DNA of 64,000 nt from Anaerohalosphaeraceae bacterium (GTDB lineage Bacteria; Planctomycetota; Phycisphaerae; Sedimentisphaerales; Anaerohalosphaeraceae), in NCBI GenBank assembly GCA_963675525.2, contig CAXXSL010000001.1:224001-288000 (forward strand), in the 5' to 3' direction. The position numbers and the translations under genes were made by a program. Below, in pieces: positions 10,778 to 21,754 of the stretch. Each line of letters opens with the position of its first letter. The stretch's first letter is position 1. Below the pieces are notes generated by a model that saw only the letters and a program-made list of their open reading frames with translations, ran no database searches and was not told the origin of the DNA.

Positions 10778-11050
10778 ATGACAGATGATCAGATTCAAAG
10801 CCCGGGGGATGACCTCTCGCCGGAGATGCTCAAACGGGCACTGAAGGCATTCAAGAAACGGCTCAAACTAACATCGCTGGATGAAGATTCCCGTCTGGGA
10901 CGTGGCCCGTTTTCCGGCGGTGCTCAGGGGGTCTGTGCCATTCAGCCGCCCAATCAATATCCGCCCGCTGTCTGGGAGGAACTATGCCGTCAGGGAAAAA
11001 TCCGCCACAGCGGTCACGGCCTATACGAGTTGCGACAGCCGAATAGCTAA
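10778..11050 (+). CDS. Small conserved hypothetical protein
   Basis: ATG directly after the RRM stop; LKRALKAFKKRLKL...P.QYP.AVWEEL...G.GLYEL pattern, which I recall from planctomycete small proteins. Confidence 0.7.
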   Translation: MTDDQIQSPGDDLSPEMLKRALKAFKKRLKLTSLDEDSRLGRGPFSGGAQGVCAIQPPNQYPPAVWEELCRQGKIRHSGHGLYELRQPNS

Positions 11051-11134
11051 AGCCAACGAAAAAAAGAGCATACATTTGAAAAGCATATTTCTTGTCGAAA
11101 TAAATGTAATAAGATGCTGATGAAGGGCTTGGTA

Positions 11135-12280
11135 TTAACAATTAGCATCGAGCCTGAAAGTCTCTGACAGTTTCTCGAAAACCCCCGCCGGAGGCGACTG
11201 ACCTGCCGCCAGCCATAATCCCGGCGGCTCGGAGCGAAAAAGAAACAACGACAGAGTTGCGAGATGTTCGGTGGTGTTTTCAGCATAGACGACGGTTTCC
11301 CCTTGAGTCCATGTGTGCGTCAGGAAAGAAGCTGTTTGCTCGGGAGTCCGGGGGACAAAGATTCCCAGTTCATGCACTGATGTCGCTGTGATTTTCCAGG
11401 CTTTATACAGTTGGTATTTTTTGTTTTTTCCGGCGACTTTTCGTTTTGTATCAAAATCCATACACAAGATACAGAGGTCTTGAAGATCACGGACCCAGCG
11501 GAAATCATTTCGTGTCAGCTTCTCAAGGTTTTGAGAATGCTTTTTGAGAAGGGCGGCCCGTTCGAACTGCATCAATTGAGCAGTTTGGATCATTTCACGA
11601 TGAAGATTCTCAATCGTCGATTGGATATTTCCGGCAGCCGTTAAACAGGCTTGCTCGACGGCTTTCAAGTAGGCTCCTCGTTCCTTTTTTTGAAGGCAAG
11701 GGCCTGGGCAGGTTTCCATTTGCAGATAGGGACAACTCGCTTCTTTGCCGCTTTTGAGAAGTGATGGATTGCGGCATAAACCAAAGATGGTGTTGAGAGT
11801 TTCACAGAATGCAGCGGCGGCCTTACGGGTTGGAAAAAGTCCGAATACCTTGCGGTTTGGATGTGTTTTCGGATTCTCGGAGACATGTAAGAAGGGCAGG
11901 TAAGCATCCGTCTCTATCGCGGCAAATGAAGGCTTCGGCAACTGGATCCAGTTGTTGGCGCTTTTCTGAAAAACAGCATGAGCAGATCGAATATAAGTCA
12001 GTTGTAGTTGAAAATAATTATAACAGGTGATATAGAAAATCCTGGCTGTTAAAAAGGATAAGTCTGTTTTGCGACTTGAGGTTGTTGGTTCCTCGTGCAA
12101 TAATTTGGCCTGTACGGTTCGGCGAAGGTTGGCCGATTGCAGTAATTGAATCGGCCGGCCGGAAATATCCGCAAAAAGAAAGACACCCTTACAGGTCGGA
12201 AGACCCGAAAGGGTGTCTTTTGTCCATTTGTCTGACTGCCGGCACAAAGAGGCTTCGAAAAGCTCTTCGTATGAAACCAC
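11135..12280 (-). CDS. UvrC-like protein (degenerate GIY-YIG N-terminus, Cys cluster, UVR domain)
   Basis: LPTCKGVFLF, NLRR, FGLF, C..PYLQMETCPGPC, MQFERAALLK. Confidence 0.7.
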   Translation of the reverse strand: MVSYEELFEASLCRQSDKWTKDTLSGLPTCKGVFLFADISGRPIQLLQSANLRRTVQAKLLHEEPTTSSRKTDLSFLTARIFYITCYNYFQLQLTYIRSAHAVFQKSANNWIQLPKPSFAAIETDAYLPFLHVSENPKTHPNRKVFGLFPTRKAAAAFCETLNTIFGLCRNPSLLKSGKEASCPYLQMETCPGPCLQKKERGAYLKAVEQACLTAAGNIQSTIENLHREMIQTAQLMQFERAALLKKHSQNLEKLTRNDFRWVRDLQDLCILCMDFDTKRKVAGKNKKYQLYKAWKITATSVHELGIFVPRTPEQTASFLTHTWTQGETVVYAENTTEHLATLSLFLFRSEPPGLWLAAGQSPPAGVFEKLSETFRLDANC

Positions 12281-12282
12281 GT

Positions 12283-12756
12283 TTAGACCCTCATACCGCT
12301 GATCGTTGTATCAAATACCATTTGGTTATCCACATAGCCCTGAACAAGTGCTGAAAACTGTCGGCTGCGTACCTTGTTAATGTGTCCCATTAAATAGAGT
12401 CTGGAACCCGGTTCAACCGTACCGCGGAATTTTGTGTCACCGATGCCGGAAAAACCGATAAAGCCTTCCAACCCGTAGATGCGCTTCATGAAGAAACTGC
12501 ATAACTGAGCCGCCGCTTCCACCATGATAACTCCCGGCATGATGGGACGACCCGGAATATGGCCGCGAATCCAAAACTCGCTGTCGGTTACATCTTTGTA
12601 GCCAAGACACAGCATCTTATCCAAATCATGCCAGATGATGCCATCCAGTTGTGACATTTCATAGGATTGAGGATTCACCTCGGCAATCGCATTACGGTCA
12701 AATTCAATTTGACTTAAGTCAATTTTAGATAAATTAATTAACGGGGTCGGAGGCAT
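12283..12756 (-). CDS. fabZ: 3-hydroxyacyl-ACP dehydratase, FabZ/FabA family
   Basis: EFWIRGHIPGRPIMPGVIMVEAAAQ hot-dog motif. Confidence 0.8.
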   Translation of the reverse strand: MPPTPLINLSKIDLSQIEFDRNAIAEVNPQSYEMSQLDGIIWHDLDKMLCLGYKDVTDSEFWIRGHIPGRPIMPGVIMVEAAAQLCSFFMKRIYGLEGFIGFSGIGDTKFRGTVEPGSRLYLMGHINKVRSRQFSALVQGYVDNQMVFDTTISGMRV

Positions 12757-12875
12757 TCAGTCCTCATATTTTTGCAGTTATGGTTACAGTCAATGCGCAA
12801 TACACAATACAGAACCGGCCCATTTACGGAGTGGGCCGATTTTGCATAAAACCAAGGTTTTATTTCTGTATTGAA

Positions 12876-13049
12876 TTAATCTTCTGTGCGGAGCTCAAGA
12901 ACTTTATTGCGAACCGCCTGAGCTGCCTGCTTGATTGTTTGCATCTGCTTGCGAACGCGCGTTCCGGCAGCTTTATTTCCGCCTTCTGCCTTGTTGATGT
13001 CTGCTTCAGTTTCCGCTACCAATTGTTTCAGTTGTTCGTATTCCTGCAT
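12876..13049 (-). CDS. Histone H1-like (Hc1 family) small DNA-binding protein, 57 aa, missing from the ORF track
   Basis: My translation: MQEYEQLKQLVAETEADINKAEGGNKAAGTRVRKQMQTIKQAAQAVRNKVLELRTED. It has the GNKAAGTRxRK signature and RBS TAGGAGG. Confidence 0.88.
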   Translation of the reverse strand: MQEYEQLKQLVAETEADINKAEGGNKAAGTRVRKQMQTIKQAAQAVRNKVLELRTED

Positions 13050-13153
13050 CAATCGTGCCTCCTAAGACAAATAAGGTTAAGATCAAAATTTATTACTGCC
13101 GAAAGTTTTACCTGAATCGGCAACTAAATGCAATTACAAAATTGGAAGAAAAA

Positions 13154-13630
13154 TTATCCAAAAAGCTTCCGAGTTAATTCCGCAATACGCTGGCCCCGGC
13201 GGACACATTGTTTCATCACACGATCATCCGGCTTGCCGATTGAGACAGGGCCGTAATGGTCGCCCTGCGGATCCCCCTGAATCACCATGCCGTGAATTAA
13301 CATCATGTTGTTGATTTCGCAAATGGTCGTTTCATTGCCGCCGCCAGTATTGGCTGAACTGCTGAAAGCGGCACCGACCTTTCCATCCAGCTTTCCGTGT
13401 TTGCTGACGGATTCATCGAATAGTGTGGCAACGGCAGCCGCCGCACGACCGTAATAAGTCGGAGAGCCAACGACAATGGCATCCGCATCAAGAAGCTCGT
13501 TTACTTTTGTTTCCGTGACACTTTTACATTTTGTAGAAAGACCGGATTGTTCCATCGCCTCGGCAATCGCTTTTGCCATCGCCTTGGTATTGCCGCTTTT
13601 TGAATAGTAAAGTACCAGTCCTTTGGCCAT
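13154..13630 (-). CDS. Flavodoxin / WrbA-like NAD(P)H-dependent oxidoreductase
   Basis: YYSKSGNTKAMA, GSPTYYG, GKVGAAFSSS..GGGNET. Confidence 0.88.
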   Translation of the reverse strand: MAKGLVLYYSKSGNTKAMAKAIAEAMEQSGLSTKCKSVTETKVNELLDADAIVVGSPTYYGRAAAAVATLFDESVSKHGKLDGKVGAAFSSSANTGGGNETTICEINNMMLIHGMVIQGDPQGDHYGPVSIGKPDDRVMKQCVRRGQRIAELTRKLFG

Positions 13631-13631
13631 G

Positions 13632-14468
13632 TCATTTTCCTTTCATTGACGAATCCATTTCTAATGCTTGTATATTCTTACGAAAATGGGCCGGTGTTTC
13701 AACTGTAAAAACGGCGTTTTTAAACTTTTTATTCATTTTTAGGTCCAAAAACCGAATGTCGTAAATATCCCCCTGAGTCGAATAAGCCATAACACGAGTT
13801 GGAAGGTAGTTATTTGGGGCGATCCAAAAGTTAATTTTCGTGTATTCATCCTGATATTCTGAGTCTTTTTTAACAAGTAAAAGAAGTTGAATTGGTTTAT
13901 TGGGGTCTTTAACGGCAGAATCCTCCAGTGAGATATCGAAATCTTTCTGAAGCGTTTCGGCCCCGGAAAACCCGACAAGCGGGAAATTGTGGCTTATCAG
14001 CTCAAAAACATCAATAGGAGCATCCTCGGGGGCCTGCTGATACAAGTCAACCTGTTCGAGCTTGTAGTCCACTTTTGTCAACCAGACGCCGTCAAAATAG
14101 TAATCTTCTGTGTAGTCCTCAGGTTCGAAATCATCCTGCTGGATTTTGTCGAAACGAATCCGGAGTTTAGAACGGCCATTTTCTTTCAAGTAAAAGAGTT
14201 TTCCGGTCCGAAGCGTCTTTGATTCGAGAATGTCAGGATCCTGAATGAAAAGATAAGCGATGTTTGATTGGCATGATGTGAGCGTAGAAGAGGCTTTTGA
14301 TATATTCTTCAGGATATCATCCAATGCTCCCGTTTCAGATGTCGGGGTCATTATAGAATTGCTGTCTTGGACTTGGACACTTTTGGCCTCTGAACTGCAA
14401 CACTGAGCGGCGCATGCAAAAGCCGACAAAAGAAGCAGTAAGGCGGCCAGAATAAGTTTATGTTTCAT
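13632..14468 (-). CDS. LolA-like periplasmic protein
   Basis: Signal peptide; G+LFY..., YFDGVWL, FWI...YLP pattern and C-terminal FTVETP, consistent with a LolA-like fold. Confidence 0.6.
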   Translation of the reverse strand: MKHKLILAALLLLLSAFACAAQCCSSEAKSVQVQDSNSIMTPTSETGALDDILKNISKASSTLTSCQSNIAYLFIQDPDILESKTLRTGKLFYLKENGRSKLRIRFDKIQQDDFEPEDYTEDYYFDGVWLTKVDYKLEQVDLYQQAPEDAPIDVFELISHNFPLVGFSGAETLQKDFDISLEDSAVKDPNKPIQLLLLVKKDSEYQDEYTKINFWIAPNNYLPTRVMAYSTQGDIYDIRFLDLKMNKKFKNAVFTVETPAHFRKNIQALEMDSSMKGK

Positions 14469-14480
14469 TTTTTCTCCTGT

Positions 14481-15074
14481 TTATGAATTATTGATTTCCA
14501 CTATAATATCAAAAATTTGCTCTAAATGTAATATAGAAAAGTGTGCCAAAGCCTCAAATTTATCGGCATCCTCATGTGTTTTCAATAAAATGGAAATGGC
14601 CCCGGCATTATTGGCGGCCTGTACGTCATGCAGAAAATCTCCAACGACCAGCGTTTGGCGAGGCTGCACCCCAAATGTCTCACACAATGTTCGGACGCCG
14701 AAACCATCCGGCTTGGCAGGGCCGCTGTTTCGATCGACAATGGCATCAAAAATAAGGTTGTGTTTGCGGCTTACCAACAGGGCGTTTTTCATGGTATTGC
14801 GGGTCAGAATTCCGATCGGATAACCGTCTTGGCGCAGTCGCCCCAAAACCTCGGCTGCGTTATCATTGAGACGGGAGTTTTCCGCGGCGTATTTCTCATG
14901 TTTGATCAGGACCTGCTCAGCTTTGATGCGTTCTTGCGGCGACATTGTTTCGAGAGCCTCAAGTATCCCGATCGATTTTCCGTTAAGTCCCATTTCTGCT
15001 CGAATCTGATCAAAATTCAGCAGTGGCTTTGTCAAGGTTCCGTCTAAGTCAAATATTACTGCTTTAATTGTCAT
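14481..15074 (-). CDS. HAD-superfamily hydrolase
   Basis: FDLDGTL, KPD and VGDFLHD motifs. Confidence 0.9.
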   Translation of the reverse strand: MTIKAVIFDLDGTLTKPLLNFDQIRAEMGLNGKSIGILEALETMSPQERIKAEQVLIKHEKYAAENSRLNDNAAEVLGRLRQDGYPIGILTRNTMKNALLVSRKHNLIFDAIVDRNSGPAKPDGFGVRTLCETFGVQPRQTLVVGDFLHDVQAANNAGAISILLKTHEDADKFEALAHFSILHLEQIFDIIVEINNS

Positions 15075-15961
15075 ACGTCATTGCCGGAGCCCTTTCGCAG
15101 CAGTTCGACAAGGTACTGTGCAGCTTTGTTTAGTTGACAGTCTTTTCGAATAACAATACCGGTTGGGCGGTAAAAATGTTCATTCATAAAAGCCACAGAT
15201 TTCAGGGTTCCGCTGTTCAATTCCGCCATGATACTTGTTTGGGGAAGAATGCTGATGCCTGAATTGATTTCAATTGCTCGCTTGATGGTTTCGATGTTGT
15301 CAAATTCCATAACCGCATGCACAGAGACCCCAAACTGCTTTAAAATCTCGTCGATGCACTGTCGTGACGGTACATTTTCCGTAAAAGCGATAAACCGTTC
15401 CCCTTGCAGATGATGAATATCAATTTCTTGAGAGAGACTGAAAGGATGCTCCGGAGAACAAACCATTGTAAGAGGCTCATTTACAAAGTTATAGACGTTA
15501 ATACTGCGGTCACGCTTGGGAATTGCCACAACACCGATATCGATGTTTCCCTTTAGTAGACGAATATAGATTTCTTTGGCGTCCAGATATTCAATCGAAA
15601 GGTTCACGTCCGGGTAGATTGACATGAATTGTTTCACATAGGGCTGCAGGGTATGCATCCCAATGCTGAAAATAGAAGCTAAATTGATTTTGCAACTGGT
15701 TTTAGACAATGCCGATAGCTCGTTGTGAAGTTGGTCATAACGTTCAAGAATATCTTTGCAGGCTCGGTAAAAGGTCTGACCTGCGGTGGTCAACTCAAAG
15801 GGGCGTTTTTTCCGATTAAGAAACTGGGCTTTATGGGCCATTTCCAGTTGAGCCAACTGCTGAGAGACAGCCGACTGGCTGATATTATGCAATTCAGCCG
15901 TGCGGGAGAAGTTTTTTAACTCCACAAGGTCACAAAAGATTTTAGCACTTTCCATGTTCAT
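15071..15961 (-). CDS. LysR-family transcriptional regulator, divergent from gdhA
   Basis: NFSRTAELHNISQSAVSQQLAQLE HTH plus substrate-binding domain. Confidence 0.93.
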   Translation of the reverse strand: MNMESAKIFCDLVELKNFSRTAELHNISQSAVSQQLAQLEMAHKAQFLNRKKRPFELTTAGQTFYRACKDILERYDQLHNELSALSKTSCKINLASIFSIGMHTLQPYVKQFMSIYPDVNLSIEYLDAKEIYIRLLKGNIDIGVVAIPKRDRSINVYNFVNEPLTMVCSPEHPFSLSQEIDIHHLQGERFIAFTENVPSRQCIDEILKQFGVSVHAVMEFDNIETIKRAIEINSGISILPQTSIMAELNSGTLKSVAFMNEHFYRPTGIVIRKDCQLNKAAQYLVELLRKGSGNDV

Positions 15962-16179
15962 AGCATTAATAGAACTTATTATTACTATCTCGAATAATTA
16001 TTGGATTAAATGTTTAATTAATAGTATTATAAGCAGCAGTGATAAAAAGTAAATAGTTTCTTCCATAAGTTTTCAATTTTTTCGATTTCGGAAAAATCGG
16101 ATTTATCTGAATATCAACAGCACTATAATGACTTGTCGTATTGGTTAGTTGTGTTTGCATGAGCATAGGTGACCAGTGA

Positions 16180-17562
<1,383 letters not shown>

Positions 17563-17616
17563 TCCCGGATGCAATATCGAGATTGATACGTTTAACGAGT
17601 CACAACGAAAACCGAG

Positions 17617-17649
17617 ATCCCCTTACCATTAGGTAGGGGGATTTTTTTT
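17617..17649 (+). terminator. Intrinsic terminator after gdhA
   Basis: atccccttacc-atta-ggtagggggat hairpin followed by a T run. Confidence 0.8.
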
Positions 17650-17736
17650 GTTTTACAGATCATTCAGTTGAATAATATCACATGCATTGTTAAGATGGGG
17701 CTTAAGAAAACAGGCTTATAACAGAAAGTAAATGCT

Positions 17737-20367
17737 ATGGAAAGATATCCTTATCCAAGTACCGGGCTGGACCATTTGGATGAAATGCTGACCCGGCTTC
17801 AATATGGCGACAATGTTGTTTGGCAGGTGGATGATATTGCCCATTATAAAGAACTGGTCACTCCCTATGTGAACCGTGCGATTGCCGAACATCGCAAAAT
17901 GATTTATATTCGGTTTGCTCAGCATGCAGCATTGTTGGAACCAAGACCCGGATTAACCATTGTTGAATTGGATGCCGATACCGGCTTTGAAACCTTTTCG
18001 ACTCAGGTCCATCAGATCGTTGCCCAGCACGGCAAGTTGGCATTTTATGTTTTTGACAGTTTGTCGGACCTGCTGACGACGTGGGCGACGGATTTAATGG
18101 TCGGAAACTTTTTCAGTGTTACCTGTCCTTTTCTTTATGAACTGGACACGCTTGCGTACTTTGCCCTGTTACGGAGTCGACATTCTTTTCAAACGGTGGC
18201 CCGGATACGCGGTACGACTCAGTTACTGCTGGATGTGTATCGTTTGGAGGGGACACGTTATATCCATCCGCTGAAAGTCTGGAACCGGCATTCACACACC
18301 ATGTTTCTGCCGCATCGGGATGATGGAGACCAGTTCACTCCGGTCACCGATAGTGTTGATGCCGCGCGTCTTTTTTCCTATATTTCCGATATTGCACGCA
18401 GCCGGACACGCCGAAAACTGGATTACTGGGATCAGTTGTTTCTGGATGCCGAGAACCTCGTCGGCCGTTCTTCTGACGATTCGGCGTACAATGCCGCCAT
18501 TCCGGAATACACACAGGCCGTCGATACAATCTGTCGCATTATGGTCGGACGCGAAGAGCGTATGCTGGAGCTTCTGAAATCACATTTCTCGCTGCGTGAT
18601 TTGCTGGATATCAAGGCACGCCTGATCGGCACCGGTTATGTTGGCGGCAAGGCCGTGGGGATGCTCATCGCCCGGAAAATTCTGTGCGAGGACACTGCTT
18701 TCGACTGGCCCGGACAACTTGAACAGCATGATTCGTTTTACGTTGGATCGGATATCTTTCACAGCTATGTCGTCCAGAATGGGCTGTGGAAACTGCGAAT
18801 GGATCAGAAAACACCTGAAGGCTATTTTTCAAAATCCCAGGCTTTGGCCGAGGGACTCCTGAAAGGCCGGTTTTCAAACGAGATCAAAGAACAGTTTCAG
18901 GAAATGATTGAGTATTTCGGCCAGTCGCCGATTATCGTTCGTTCCAGCAGTCTGTTGGAGGACAGTTTCGGCAATGCGTTTGCCGGAAAATATGTAAGCC
19001 TTTTTCTGGTTAATCAGGGGTCACCGGAAGACCGCTATGAAAAATTCGAGGAGGCCGTTCGCACGATTTATGCCAGTACCATGAGCGAAGATGCCCTGAC
19101 CTATCGTCTCCAGCGGGGGCTTGACCAGTTGGACGAACAGATGGCTCTCTTGGTCCAGCGTGTTTCCGGAACGCATCACGGCAAGTACTTTTTCCCGGAT
19201 GTGGCTGGGGTGGGCATTTCATATAACACGTTTGTCTGGAATAAGGAACTGGACCCGAAGGCAGGTATGCTTCGTGTTGTGGCCGGCTTGGGAACGCGGG
19301 CAGTAGACAGAACGGATGACGACTATCCCCGGCTGATCGCGCTGGATGCCCCGTTTATGCGGCCTCATTTAAGTAAGGATAATGAGCGGCATTTTTCGCA
19401 GCATTATATTGATATGTTGAATATTGAGGATAACCAGTATGAAACGCTTTCTGTAAAACAGTATCTGGCTCATGATCCCGCCTGGGATATTGATTTGTTG
19501 GCAACCGAAGATCAGGACGCGGTGATACGTGCCAAACAGTTGGGTCTGGATTGTGGCAGGCAGATGATCTTGACTTTTGATCCGCTGCTCGAAAAGACCG
19601 AATTTGTGTCCCTCATGCGGCGTTTGCTGGAAACGCTGGAACGGGTCTATGATTATCCGGTGGATATTGAATTTACGGTCAATTTTTCGGATGATTCGAC
19701 GCCGCAGATCAATCTGCTTCAGTGCCGGCCGCTCCAGGCATCCGGTGTTCGCCAAAAGGTCCGTTTGCCGGAACGGTTGGTTCCCGAGCGAACGCTGATT
19801 CAGACGCAGAGCAGTTTCATGGGGGGCAGTATTTCGCAGGCCGTCAATAAAGTCATCTATGTGGATCCATCCGCTTATATACAACTGTCCCAGCAGGAAA
19901 AGCATGAAGTGGCCAGGCTCATCGGAAAGCTGAACACGCAGTTCTGCAATAAAAAGACCGACTTCGCCATGCTCATGGGGCCGGGCCGATGGGGAACCTC
20001 CACCCCGTCGCTGGGCGTGCCGGTACGGTTTTCCGAAATTAACCAGATGGCCGCATTGTGTGAAATATCCTATCCCGGCGGCAATCTCATGCCCGAATTA
20101 TCATACGGAAGCCATTTCTTCATGGATCTGATCGAAGGCCAGACCTATTACATCGCGCTGTTTTGCGAAAAAAGCGGCGTCCTCTTTCAGGTCGGCCTCC
20201 TGCAAAGACGGCCCAATCAACTGACACAGATTCTGCCGGAAGCGGAAAAATACAGCCGTGCGGTGTTTGTCTATGAGATCAAAGATGACACGCTGATGCT
20301 CGAAGCGGATGTTTTCAGCCAGAAATTGGTCTGTTATTTCAATCCCTCCGGGTCCAAACCCTCCTGA
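17737..20367 (+). CDS. PEP/pyruvate-binding (PPDK N-terminal, ATP-grasp) domain protein
   Basis: GGKAVG, IVRSSSLLEDSFGNAFAGKY, GLGTRAV, PVDIEF, LQCRP, GPGRWG. Confidence 0.85.
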   Translation: MERYPYPSTGLDHLDEMLTRLQYGDNVVWQVDDIAHYKELVTPYVNRAIAEHRKMIYIRFAQHAALLEPRPGLTIVELDADTGFETFSTQVHQIVAQHGKLAFYVFDSLSDLLTTWATDLMVGNFFSVTCPFLYELDTLAYFALLRSRHSFQTVARIRGTTQLLLDVYRLEGTRYIHPLKVWNRHSHTMFLPHRDDGDQFTPVTDSVDAARLFSYISDIARSRTRRKLDYWDQLFLDAENLVGRSSDDSAYNAAIPEYTQAVDTICRIMVGREERMLELLKSHFSLRDLLDIKARLIGTGYVGGKAVGMLIARKILCEDTAFDWPGQLEQHDSFYVGSDIFHSYVVQNGLWKLRMDQKTPEGYFSKSQALAEGLLKGRFSNEIKEQFQEMIEYFGQSPIIVRSSSLLEDSFGNAFAGKYVSLFLVNQGSPEDRYEKFEEAVRTIYASTMSEDALTYRLQRGLDQLDEQMALLVQRVSGTHHGKYFFPDVAGVGISYNTFVWNKELDPKAGMLRVVAGLGTRAVDRTDDDYPRLIALDAPFMRPHLSKDNERHFSQHYIDMLNIEDNQYETLSVKQYLAHDPAWDIDLLATEDQDAVIRAKQLGLDCGRQMILTFDPLLEKTEFVSLMRRLLETLERVYDYPVDIEFTVNFSDDSTPQINLLQCRPLQASGVRQKVRLPERLVPERTLIQTQSSFMGGSISQAVNKVIYVDPSAYIQLSQQEKHEVARLIGKLNTQFCNKKTDFAMLMGPGRWGTSTPSLGVPVRFSEINQMAALCEISYPGGNLMPELSYGSHFFMDLIEGQTYYIALFCEKSGVLFQVGLLQRRPNQLTQILPEAEKYSRAVFVYEIKDDTLMLEADVFSQKLVCYFNPSGSKPS

Positions 20368-20412
20368 CAGTTACATTTTCATGATATGTCAACTAAATGA
20401 CAGATACAACTT

Positions 20413-20439
20413 GTCATTCCCGCGCAGGCGGGAATCCAG
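20413..20439. repeat. REP-like palindrome GTCATTCCCGCGCAGGCGGGAATCCAG
   Basis: ATTCCCGC/GCGGGAAT stem in an intergenic position. Confidence 0.75.
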
Positions 20440-20503
20440 CATAAAATAGTCTCCGCCCCAAGCGGTTTCTTTTTTATTTGTATTTACCGCCGCAATCCTT
20501 ACA

Positions 20504-21256
20504 ATGTTGCACATCATGGAAAAACAAGTCGATACAAACAAATTATTCAGGCAGCATCTGGAGATGGAATCGTTTTTTGTGGGCGATTTCACCCTGAAGG
20601 GGGACATGCCCGCATCGGATGCCCCGCAGACACAGCAACCGACACAGCAAGAGGTATCGGATATGAAGCAGTCATTGGAGGCGATCGCCAAAACAGTCAA
20701 AGCCTGCCGGAAATGTGAAATTGCCAACAGCCGTTTGAATGCGGTTCCCGGGCAGGGCAACCCCAAGGCACGGCTGATGTTTGTCGGCGAAGCGCCGGGC
20801 GCCGACGAGGACCAACAAGGACTGGCGTTTGTCGGCAGGGCGGGCAAACTGCTGACAGACATCATCACCGCGATGGGCCTGACACGTGACGAGGTCTTTA
20901 TCGGCAATATTCTCAAATGCCGCCCGCCGGGAAATCGTGACCCCAAACTCGACGAAATTGACAATTGCTGGCCGTACCTGAAAAAACAACTCGAAATCAT
21001 TCAGCCGGAAATTATCGTCGCGCTGGGCGCGCACGCCGCCCGAACATTACTCGACACCAAGGACGCTATCGGCAAACTCCGCGGCCAATTCCATGAATAC
21101 CGCTACTCTGACGATGTTCCCCCGGCCAAACTCATGCCGACCTACCACCCGGCGTATCTCCTGCGAAACTATTCCTACGACAACCGCAAACGCGTCTGGG
21201 AAGACATGATGAAAGTCCTTAAAGAACTCGGCCTGCCCGTCCCAAAGAAAAAATAG
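20504..21256 (+). CDS. udg: Uracil-DNA glycosylase, family 4
   Basis: CRKC, FVGEAPG, NILKCRPPGNRDP, PTYHPAYLLR. Confidence 0.93.
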   Translation: MLHIMEKQVDTNKLFRQHLEMESFFVGDFTLKGDMPASDAPQTQQPTQQEVSDMKQSLEAIAKTVKACRKCEIANSRLNAVPGQGNPKARLMFVGEAPGADEDQQGLAFVGRAGKLLTDIITAMGLTRDEVFIGNILKCRPPGNRDPKLDEIDNCWPYLKKQLEIIQPEIIVALGAHAARTLLDTKDAIGKLRGQFHEYRYSDDVPPAKLMPTYHPAYLLRNYSYDNRKRVWEDMMKVLKELGLPVPKKK

Positions 21257-21290
21257 AAGGTGTTAATCAGTTGTTAAAGAGGCTAACTGA

Positions 21291-21710
21291 ATGAAGAAGG
21301 TAATTATATGCACAATTATACTGATAGTTTTTATTGTTTCATTTTTTTTAGTGCGTTACTTCAGTGTTAATCCATATCAAAAGCGCATTGAGTGCACTAA
21401 TATTTCATTGAATCATTTAAGAGGTAGTATAGAGAATTACAAACAGAAAGAGGGTCATTTCCCCGAATCATTATCAGAATTGAAGCAATACTATGAGAAT
21501 AACGACAATTACTCATTTAGGAAAGAAAACAAGGAATACATTTCTTTTGAGCAAGGTTCGGAGCAGGAGCACAAATCTTTGAATGGAAAAGGAGGATGGT
21601 GCTACAATAAAGAAACAGGGAGTTTAATAGTGAATATCAATAAACCGTTGAAGGATTATTTTGAAAAATATTATTACTTCAATAGAAATGAAATACCTTC
21701 GGAGTGGTAA
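21291..21710 (+). CDS. AT-rich hypothetical protein with an N-terminal membrane anchor (pseudopilin-like)
   Basis: Hydrophobic N-terminus, LNHLRGSIENYK..GHFPESL, RBS GAGG; markedly lower GC than its neighbours. Confidence 0.65.
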   Translation: MKKVIICTIILIVFIVSFFLVRYFSVNPYQKRIECTNISLNHLRGSIENYKQKEGHFPESLSELKQYYENNDNYSFRKENKEYISFEQGSEQEHKSLNGKGGWCYNKETGSLIVNINKPLKDYFEKYYYFNRNEIPSEW

Positions 21711-21754
21711 CTAAAGTTGAAAGATGACCGTGTGATTTCAATTTGTGGGCCTTA

